Shown here: in pieces, positions 27,395-35,340 of the stretch
Layout: each line of letters begins with the position of its first letter
How positions within the stretch are numbered: the stretch's first letter is position 1
DNA from: Chrysochromulina tobinii
Lineage: Eukaryota
Length of the DNA stretch: 35,340 bases
Assembly: GCA_001275005.1 (NCBI GenBank)
Contig: JWZX01002690.1
Coordinates: forward strand, 1-35,340
Direction of reading: 5' to 3'
The notes under the pieces: model-generated
The model's database searches: none
The model's input: the letters and a program-made list of their open reading frames with translations, nothing else
Told to the model about the DNA's origin: nothing
Program-made: the position numbers and the translations under genes

Positions 27395-29107
27395 CTAATA
27401 CCGCGGCATTTCCCACGAGGTTTCCCCGGTCATGGTGTGAAAGAAGTAGACCTCGCCCGTATCTTCGTCCTCGTGCGCCTCCCAGCCGGGTGGCAACCTG
27501 GCCTTAGGCGGCGGCTCCTCGATCGCAAACGCCGTATCGATCTCGGCCCCCCAGTTACCTGATTGGGCGGGGAGCGTGGAGAGTGGCAAGTCGGGCGGCG
27601 TCGGCGCCGCGTCCATCTCCTTGGTGAAGCCGGGGGGCTTGTCCCAGGTCGACTCTCCCGTCACGGTGTTATACCAATAGGGGTAGCCGCTCTGGTCGTC
27701 GACCATCTGCTTCCAGCCGGTACTCGGGTCGACGCCCAGGCTAGCGCTGCCACGAGCGCCCGCACCGGCGCTGCCACGAGCGCCGGCGCTGGCACTGGCG
27801 CTGGCGCTGGTGCTGAGGTTGGGGCTGACGCACTCATCGGCGCTCGCGCCATCATCGGCGCCATCGCCCGAGAGAGCGCCCGAGAGAGCTGGCGATTCAT
27901 CCGTCTCTTCGTCCTCGAACTTGCCATATTTGGACGCGGCCCACTTTGCGGACAGCGTCTTACTGCGCTCGAGCTTGAGCATCTGGATCCCAGCACCCAG
28001 CTTCCCAGCACCCAGTTTGTCCTTCTTCGGGTTGCCTGTTTTGGGACCCCGGCTTGCGAAAGCGTTCATCGGCTGTTTGTCGGCGCGGCCGGCGCGCGGG
28101 CGTTGCCTGCGGCGACGGAGGCAGTAAGCGACCAAGCCGCAGCAGCCGCACACTGCGATCAGCATCACGGCGATCAGCGTGAGCTGGAGCCTGGCTGCGT
28201 CGCCCCTCTCTCTGCTGGCTTCAAGTGGCTGCGCGGGCGGTGCAGGCACGAGCTGCACGGCCGGCTCGCTGACGGCCTCGACCTCAGTGCCGAGGTGCAC
28301 GGCGCGTGCCGTCGAGATCACGCCACATCCGATGCGCCCGCCCGCTCTATTATGGAGCACAATCACACGGCCCTGGATCGAAGAGACGCCGGTGCCGCCG
28401 CTCAGTGTGAAGCCGCCCACCGTCGCGTCGACGCGAGCGACGGTGCCGCCGCTCGGCAGATTGTACGTGAGGTTCACCCACGGGTCATCCCCAGTCGCCG
28501 TGAGCAGATGCCCTCCCACCTCGGCTGCGCTGGCACAGCTGGAGCCGGTGTGAACATGCCAGCCGCCCGAACTGCTCACGCCGGTCACGACCCCTTCTAT
28601 GTGCACAGCAGTCGCGAGGGAGTGGACCATCAGGGTACCGCCCTCCGAGCAGCAGGGAGCGCCTGGATAGGGTCCCAAGCTGGCCATGCCATCGGACACG
28701 AGGGGCCTGAGGCGAAAGAGGACGAGAAACGCGGCCGCGGCCGACGGCACAGAGACGACCACGTGCACCGTTGTCAACATCGTCTCCGTGTCCGTATCAT
28801 CGCCGTGGTGGTGGTGGTGACGCGCGAGCGACACGACGTCCGCGTCCACCGCGCACGCAGCCGCCAGACGTGCACGCAAGACGTTGTCGGATATGTCGGC
28901 GTCGTGGGCGCTCGTGTTAGTGCCCAAGGTGAGCGTAGTCGTCACCCAGTGCGGCACATCCGGCGGCGGCAGCGTGGGCGGCCGAGGCGGCATGGGCGAG
29001 GGTGGCGTCGGCTCGCAGGTTAGGTTATTGCTGCTGGCGCAGCTCTGGCCATAGGCGTAGCCTAGGCAGAGGAGCTGAGCGATGGAAATGGCTTTACGCA
29101 ATCGCAT
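27395..29107 (-). CDS. Type I membrane protein: signal peptide, Cu-SOD-like domain, TM helix, two cytosolic WW domains (570 aa)
   Basis: Signal MRLRKAISIAQLLCLGYAYG; GWHVHTGSSC..GGH...SIQGRVIVLH...RIGCGVI; TM LTLIAVMLIAVCGCCGLVAYCL followed by RRRR; WW motifs GWKQ..D..SGYPYWYN..TGESTWDKP and LPPGWE...D..TG.VYFF...TGETSWEMP. Confidence 0.8.
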   Translation of the reverse strand: MRLRKAISIAQLLCLGYAYGQSCASSNNLTCEPTPPSPMPPRPPTLPPPDVPHWVTTTLTLGTNTSAHDADISDNVLRARLAAACAVDADVVSLARHHHHHGDDTDTETMLTTVHVVVSVPSAAAAFLVLFRLRPLVSDGMASLGPYPGAPCCSEGGTLMVHSLATAVHIEGVVTGVSSSGGWHVHTGSSCASAAEVGGHLLTATGDDPWVNLTYNLPSGGTVARVDATVGGFTLSGGTGVSSIQGRVIVLHNRAGGRIGCGVISTARAVHLGTEVEAVSEPAVQLVPAPPAQPLEASRERGDAARLQLTLIAVMLIAVCGCCGLVAYCLRRRRQRPRAGRADKQPMNAFASRGPKTGNPKKDKLGAGKLGAGIQMLKLERSKTLSAKWAASKYGKFEDEETDESPALSGALSGDGADDGASADECVSPNLSTSASASASAGARGSAGAGARGSASLGVDPSTGWKQMVDDQSGYPYWYNTVTGESTWDKPPGFTKEMDAAPTPPDLPLSTLPAQSGNWGAEIDTAFAIEEPPPKARLPPGWEAHEDEDTGEVYFFHTMTGETSWEMPRY

Positions 29108-29746
29108 AGAATTCCTTTCACAGCCGCAATGATCCCTTTCATCAAGGGCAGTCAGGCCGCCCAATTTGTGGGGAAACAGAAAGGCCTGATTCCCATTCCT
29201 CTCGAAAACCTGCGCACACACGTCCTGATCCCTACTATTGTACATGTGCAGTATACGCATGCTATACCCCTATACGCCGGCGGGGGCTCAGAGTGAGTGA
29301 GTTTTATCTGTATTCGCTATCGACACGCGAATCACCAGGGAGCAGGGTGCCCCCTCGACGTGGCATGGTGCCGTGTGTCCGTGATGCGTGCAATGGATGC
29401 GTGAACGCTGAACGGCGGTGGCGCCCCCCTCAGGCTCCCGGTGTGAGCTTCAAAACGAGAGCGCGTTGCTGATGTTGTATGCGATTTCGTCACTTTTCTC
29501 TTTTTAGGTTGCAACCTGACTAACCTATACTGTATGGGTATCAACCGCCTACTGTTCACCTATCACAGTACTTGGATAACCCAAGAAAGGTCAACAGTCG
29601 TGATAAGACCCTCGCCTGGGAGGCGTGGAAGTACCAAGTATGGATTCAGATTCATAACAAAGGATCCATGACTGATTGTCGAAGCGTTGGCCATATGCCC
29701 CCCCCGAAGGCTCCACCCCTCCCTCTGGCCGTCGGGTAGCTCGGGG

Positions 29747-32700
29747 CTATCTCAGTGCGCGCGTGATCGAGAGCGCAATGAACACGGCCCACAGCACCAC
29801 GAAGAAGAGAGCGCTCAGCCACCTGGAGACCGGCGGACCGCCCAGTTCGGCGCCGAGCAGACGGCGGCGCGCAATGAGTGTGCCGAAGCACAGGCTTGCC
29901 ACGGCCAAGAAGATCTGAATTGAGTAAGCGAGGTCACCCGCGGGCACCACGAAGCTGACGGCCATCTGGGGCGTGTACCACGGCTCAGAGGAGTACCTGT
30001 CGCGCCACTCGGCCTCATGCTCCAGGCCATAGGAGGCCCAGTAGATGGCGGCGATCATCCAGGGCAGCCCGAGGCCGAGGTAGATGATGACGCTATTCGA
30101 GCCAGTGATGTTGGTAATGCACGCGTCCGCGGTAGGCTCGGTGGCGGCGGCGATGCGCGACGCAAAAGTGTCGGGCAGCGAGGAACCCATCGCGACAAAG
30201 GTCATGGCTGTCACCGATTTCGAGATGCCCAAGCAGCAGCCCATGTGGCTAGCGAGGTCGCCGACGAGCGCCGTGAGCAATCCAATGAGCACGAGCGTCA
30301 CGAGGAAGCACGACCAGCCACCTGACCACTCGGGCGGCGGCACAATGGCGCAGATGAGCTTCCAGGGCAGCGACAACAGCCACATCGCCATGGATCCCGG
30401 CCCAACTTCCGAGGGCAGCTGCACCGCCTCCTGGAACTGGCCTAGGTACGAGCCATCGCCGTGCTCGTGCTTCGCCTTGGGCTGCGGCGAGCTAAAGTCG
30501 AGCAACTGCACAAGCTCGTCCACGCGCGCGACACGCTCCGAGTCGGAATGGACGTGCACGACGGAGAAGATGGATGCTCGGCGCAGGCGCATGTTGCCGT
30601 CGGTGACGAACCGCGTCGCCTTCTCGCCCTTCTGCCCTGCGGCCGACGTGAGCACCACCTGGAAGTCATCGAAGCGGTGGTATGCACCTGTGTCTATGAG
30701 CTCCACCTCAATTGTCTTCGACACGACGCCTTCCTCAAAGACCATTCGGCCCGATCTGCCGACATAACCCTGGCCCGCGATCGAGGTGCCGTCGCGCGTC
30801 GCCCATTGGCATGCAATCGTCCCTTCACAGCCATGCGTGCGCAGCACTGATAACGTCACGCGCTGCGCTGTCTCACAGACATCGACCTCGCGTGAGTCTA
30901 AGTGTAACTCGCCCGGCCCGTCGTGGTCTTGAATGGTGACGTCGCACGTGGTCGTGGCGCCCAGACGGCAATGCTTCGGACAGAAGAGCTCGACGAAAAA
31001 GTGCTCATCGTTCTCCTCATCGTCGTCGTCGATGATCTTGACGCTGATCGTCTGGTGCGTGACGCCCGGTGCGAACACGATGAGGCCTTCAGCCTGAACA
31101 CAGTCGAGCTCAGCGCAACGCTCAGAAATAGGGGGCACTCAAAGAAACCACTCAGGGACGCACATCAGCAGAGAGAGACGCGCTGAGGGACGCTCCCAGA
31201 GACCAGGGAGGCATTCAAGGACGCACTCCGAAGAGCACTTAGGGACCATCAGTGGCCGTCGGCGCACATGCTCGAAGTCGACTCCGTCGGTGGCGGTGCC
31301 GCTCTTGGTACAGTACTCGACTGAGCATGCTCTGGACTTGTCGCCGTTGCGTACGATCGCGAGTGTCACGCTCCCTTGCCCCTCTCGGCAGACGCGCTTC
31401 GCCTGCGCCCACTGCACGCGGGTCTCGCCGCGCGCGTCCTCAACCGCGTTGCCCTCCCGCTCGAGGATGGTTGCGCGCAGAAGGCCAGCTTCGTCAAGCG
31501 CCTTGTTGCCGAGAGCGGCGTTCATCCCAGCCTTTCGGTAGTAGGCTTGCGACTGCGGCGGCAGCAGCATCGAGGCGACGGCGGCGAGCTGCTCGTCGCC
31601 CGAGAGCGTTTCGATGGACTTGAGTGCAAGCACGCGCGAGATGTCAGTCTTTGTGATCTGGCGCCCATCCTTGCCGTAGCCGATGGCCGCGGCCGCCTCA
31701 GCACTCTCAGCGTCATGAGCGGCGAAGACGGACGCCTCGGCGTCGGCCACATCTGCACGGTATGCCACGTACACGAGGAGGGGGAACATGACGAACGTGG
31801 TGACACCCTCCCACACATCGATGACATCGGGCGTGATGTACTCGAGTATGATGATGAGCCACACGTATCCAAAGATCGAGGCGACCCCGGTAATGTAGAA
31901 GACTGGAAGTGCCTTGATGGCGGTCTGGCCGCCGTCTGGGATGGCCGTGATGCACACAGCCGAGATGATGAGCATGTTGAAGGCAGCCGAGCCCACGATC
32001 GTCGACGGGCCGAGCTCGCCCGCGTAGAAGCCCGAGCTCACAATCTCGATGATCGAGAGCAGGATCTCCGGCGCGGAGGAGCCGAGCGCCATCAGCGTGA
32101 GGTTGGCGACCGTCCCATTCCACACGGTGACCGTATACCTTCGCACCTCGCCTGAGGGCAGCTCGATCGTCCTCGTCGTCTCCGTGGACGTGATTTGCTC
32201 GATGCCGGCCATGAAAACGTCCGCCGCGATCGCAATGCCCAGAAAGGTCCAGCAGAGCAGAGCCATGAAGAGGAGCGTGTTGCGCCCTGTGCGCGCGGGC
32301 CCATACAGTATCCAGCCGTCGGAGCAGTGCTCACCGCCGAGCTCCGGGTCCACGCGCGGATCGTTGAACCACTCTTCAAGGCTGTCGAATGCCGGCTCGA
32401 CGGCGCCCATGTCGAAGATTCCGATCTCGTTGGCGAGCGCGCCCAGCAGCAGCCCGAGCAGCAGCAGCAGCAGGCCGCAGCACGCGGAGGGAAAGATCGT
32501 GATCGTGGCCATCGGGGGCGTCTCCGGCCCCGACGGCGTCCCATCCGCACTCTCGCTCTTGAGCGCAGCGGCGGTAGGTGCCGCCTTGACGGACGGCGCC
32601 ACCTTGGCGGTCGGCGCCGCCTTGGCTGGCGACGATGGCTTCGATAGCGGAGGCATGGCCGCCGCCGTCGTGGCCGGCTGCATCGCCTTTGAAGAAGTGC

Positions 32701-32935
32701 CCGACGGCGCGCTGCAGGCCGTGGTCATGTACCGTGCGTATGGTGACTGCGTATCGCGTTCACAAGCGCCCTGGGTGGCAGCATGGGGCACGTTGGCACC
32801 AGCAGCCCATGATCCGGATTCAGTGCGCTGCTTATCGAGGAGCAAATCCTCGTCATCGGGGGTGATCGGGCTTCTTGACGGCTGCTGATGCGAAGCGGAG
32901 CTGCCCGACGTCCGCGTAGATCCCCAGCGCAGCAT
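29747..32935 (-). CDS. NCX: Na+/Ca2+ exchanger (SLC8/NCX family) copy A, 2 exons (32935-31268, 31093-29747; 1004 aa)
   Basis: Alpha-1 repeat VWNGTVANLTLMALGSSAPEILLS..GPSTIVGSAAFN, two Calx-beta domains, and alpha-2 repeat GSSLPDTFAS..GSN. The 174-nt intron CAT|GTGCGC...TTCAG|GCT restores the frame. Confidence 0.92.
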
Positions 32936-35340
32936 CAGAAAGATCGCGCGCCGATTGGCGGCCGCGAGTGATCTGACCACGCGACCGTCATATGGGGCGT
33001 ACGCCAAAAATTACCTGCCAAAAATTACCCCACTTCCAAAATGAAATAGTGATTGAAATCTCATCTCCGTGCCATGAATTCTGGGTACGAACTGTAATTT
33101 AGAGAATAATTGCCAGAGGCGCCGATTTTTTTTGATCTTGCCACTCACCGCTCCCAGGCACGCGCAGTACACATGTACCGGATAGCATGGAAAGGTGCAT
33201 ACATGTATGGCCCCCGGGGACAAGTAGGTGGACTCTCTGACAGTGCCTGTAGACCTAAAACTGTCTCCCCGTCTTCGGCCCGCTGTGACATTGTTATAGT
33301 GACATTGTTCATTGTTATAGTGTTTGCTGCGCTGAGTCTGGTGCCTCTGTGCGCTCTGCGCTGCGCCCGCTGCGTGAGTGCACGTGGAGTTCTTTACTAC
33401 GTGGAGTAGCGAAAAACGAAGTAAAATCGAAATTTGTCACACGATTATGGCCTCGAAATTTCGAAGATCTAGAGTCACCCCGAATGAGGGTCCTAGTCGG
33501 GTCTCAACTTCGTCCAAAAAAGGTGGCTACTTTTTTTGGCGGCATCATCAAGAGGTCTCCAACATGACGGAGTGTGTCCAAGCGCACTCGCGGTTGCCAA
33601 TCGGTGCGCGATCTTTCTGATGCTGCGCTGGGGATCTACGCGGACGTCGGGCGGCTCCGCTTCGCATCAGCAGCCGTCAAGAAGCCCGATCATCCCCGAT
33701 GACGAGGCGTTACTCCTAGATAAGCAGCGCACTGAATCCGGATCATGGGCTGCTGGCGCCAACGTGCCCCACGCTGCCACCCAGGGCGTTTGTGAACGCG
33801 ATACGCAGTCACCGTACGCACGGGACATGGCCACGGCCTGCAGCGCGCCGCCGGGCACTTCTTCAAAGGCGATGCAGCCGGCCACGACGGCGGCGGCCAT
33901 GCCTCCGCTATCCAAGCCATCGTCGCCAGCCAATGCGGCGTCGACCGCCAAGGTGGCGCCGTCCGTGAAGGCGGCACCGTCCGTCAAGGCGGCGCCGTTG
34001 GGGCCGGAGACGCCCCCGATGGTCACGATTCCCTGCCGCCTGCTGCTGCTGCTGCTGCTGCTCGGGGTGCTGCTCGGGCTGCTGCTGGGCGCGCTCGCCA
34101 ACGAGATCGGAATCTTTGACCTGGGCGCCGTCGAGCCGGCATTCGACAGCCTTGAAGAGTGGTTCAACGATCCGCGCGTGGACCCGGAGCTCCGCGGTGA
34201 GCACTGCTCCGACGGCTGGATACTGTATGGGCCCACACCCACAGGGCGCAACGCGCTCCTCTTCATGGCTCTGCTCTGCTGGACCTTTCTGGGCATTGCG
34301 ATCGCGGCGCACGTTTTCATGGCCGGCATCGAGCAAATCACGTCCACGGAGACGACGGTCACGATCGAGCTGCCCTCAGGCGAGGTGCGAAGGTATACGG
34401 TCCACGTGTGGAACCGGACGGTCGCCAACATCACGCTGATGGCGCTCGGCTCCTCCTCGCCGGAGATCCTACTCTCGATTTTTGAAATTGTGGGCTCGGG
34501 CTTCTACGTGGGCGAGCTCGGCCCGTCGGCGGTCGTGGGCTCGGCTGCCTTCAACATGCTCATCATCTCGGCTGTGTGCATCACGGCCATCCCTGACGGC
34601 GGCCAGACCGCCATCAAGGCACTTCCAGTCTTCTACATTACCTTTTTCGCCTCGATCTTTGGATACGTGTGGCTCATCATCATACTCGAGTACATCACGC
34701 CCGATGTCATCGATGTGTGGGAGGGTGTCACCACGTTCGTCATGTTCCCCCTCCTCGTGTACGTGGCATACCGTGCAGATGTGGCCGACGCCGAGGCGTC
34801 CGTCTTCGCCGCTCATGACGCTGAGAGTGCTGAGGCGGCCGCGGCCATCGGCTACGGCAAGGATGGGCGCCAGATCACAAAGACTGACATATCGCGCGTG
34901 CTTGCACTCAAGTCCATCGAAACGCTCTCGGGCGACGAGCAGCTCGCCGCCGTCGCCTCGATGCTGCTGCCGCCGCAGTCGCAAGCCTACTTCGTAAAGG
35001 CTGGGATGAAAGCCGCTCTCGGCAACAAGGCGCTTGACGAAGCTGGCCTTCTGCGCGCAACCATCCTCGAGCGGGAGGGCAGCGCGTTGGAGGATGCGCG
35101 CGGCGAGACCCGCGTGCAGTGGGTGCAGGCGAAGCGCGTCCGCCGAAAGGGCCAAGGGAGCGTGACGCTCGCGATCGTACGCAACGGCGACAAGTCCAGA
35201 GCATGCTCAGTCGAGTACTGTACCAAGAGCGGCACCGCCGCCGACGGGGTCAACTTCGAGCATGTGCGCCGACGGCCACTGATGGTCCCTAAGTGCTCTT
35301 CGGAGTGCGTCCTTGAATGCCTCCCTGGTCTCTGGGAGCG
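31191..35340. repeat. Large inverted duplication: arms ~31191-32991 and ~33564-35340, AT-richer spacer of ~570 bp
   Basis: Reverse-complement alignment by eye. Homology begins at ATGACGG on both sides and continues to the window end. Confidence 0.9.
33620..35340 (+). CDS. NCX: Na+/Ca2+ exchanger copy B, partial (exon 33620-35263; intron from 35264 runs off the window)
   Basis: Inverted near-identical copy of copy A, with an open frame from ATG 33620 (MLRWGSTRTSG...) to FEH|gtgcgc. It is missing from the ORF track because no stop occurs before the window end. Confidence 0.85.
   Translation, partial: MLRWGSTRTSGGSASHQQPSRSPIIPDDEALLLDKQRTESGSWAAGANVPHAATQGVCERDTQSPYARDMATACSAPPGTSSKAMQPATTAAAMPPLSKPSSPANAASTAKVAPSVKAAPSVKAAPLGPETPPMVTIPCRLLLLLLLLGVLLGLLLGALANEIGIFDLGAVEPAFDSLEEWFNDPRVDPELRGEHCSDGWILYGPTPTGRNALLFMALLCWTFLGIAIAAHVFMAGIEQITSTETTVTIELPSGEVRRYTVHVWNRTVANITLMALGSSSPEILLSIFEIVGSGFYVGELGPSAVVGSAAFNMLIISAVCITAIPDGGQTAIKALPVFYITFFASIFGYVWLIIILEYITPDVIDVWEGVTTFVMFPLLVYVAYRADVADAEASVFAAHDAESAEAAAAIGYGKDGRQITKTDISRVLALKSIETLSGDEQLAAVASMLLPPQSQAYFVKAGMKAALGNKALDEAGLLRATILEREGSALEDARGETRVQWVQAKRVRRKGQGSVTLAIVRNGDKSRACSVEYCTKSGTAADGVNFEHVRRRPLMVPKCSSECVLECLPGLWE

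Noticed and set aside
26368..29023. Long antisense ORFs (26368-27354 +, 27563-29023 +, and similar ones elsewhere such as 1010-2158 - and 14283-15173 +)
   Set aside because: They are shadow frames of real genes in high-GC DNA with few stops, and they have no recognisable motifs.
32992..33563. AT-rich spacer between the NCX copies as a MITE
   Set aside because: Only about 9 nt of terminal complementarity (cgccaaaaa/tttttggcg) and no clear target-site duplication. A shared promoter region is the simpler reading.
13257..35340. Functional cluster (SAS6, channel, PTEN and NCX for motility/Ca2+; Lhcx and lumen protein for photoprotection)
   Set aside because: Mixed functions and no shared regulatory motif seen. 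Adjacency in a compact eukaryotic genome is not evidence of a cluster.

Overview
GC-rich, gene-dense eukaryotic nuclear DNA, most likely from a flagellated haptophyte-like alga. This is inferred from an Lhcx/LI818-type light-harvesting gene, bipartite plastid-targeting presequences, SAS-6, short GT-AG/GC-AG introns and CATCAGAGG-type intronic repeats. About 18 protein-coding genes can be supported. The recognisable ones are a D27-like carotene isomerase, an 8-intron M3 metallopeptidase, SAS-6, a two-pore K+-channel-like protein, an SLC35A nucleotide-sugar transporter, a PTEN-like phosphatase, an ER ankyrin-HDEL protein, a renalase-like oxidoreductase, Lhcx, a Cu-SOD-like/TM/WW protein and two head-to-head Na+/Ca2+ exchanger paralogs; the rest are hypotheticals. 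The most striking signal is in the introns: about 10 of the 14 distinct introns I could reconstruct contain a copy of the adjacent exon sequence plus a short insert carrying the other splice site. One ~43-nt acceptor cassette (GCATGCAAGTGCTCACCACGGCGCC...CCCCACAG) recurs in two unrelated genes, which suggests a recent intron-generating process. All splice models were deduced by hand from frame restoration and are not confirmed by transcripts. No tRNA, rRNA or CRISPR array was recognised.
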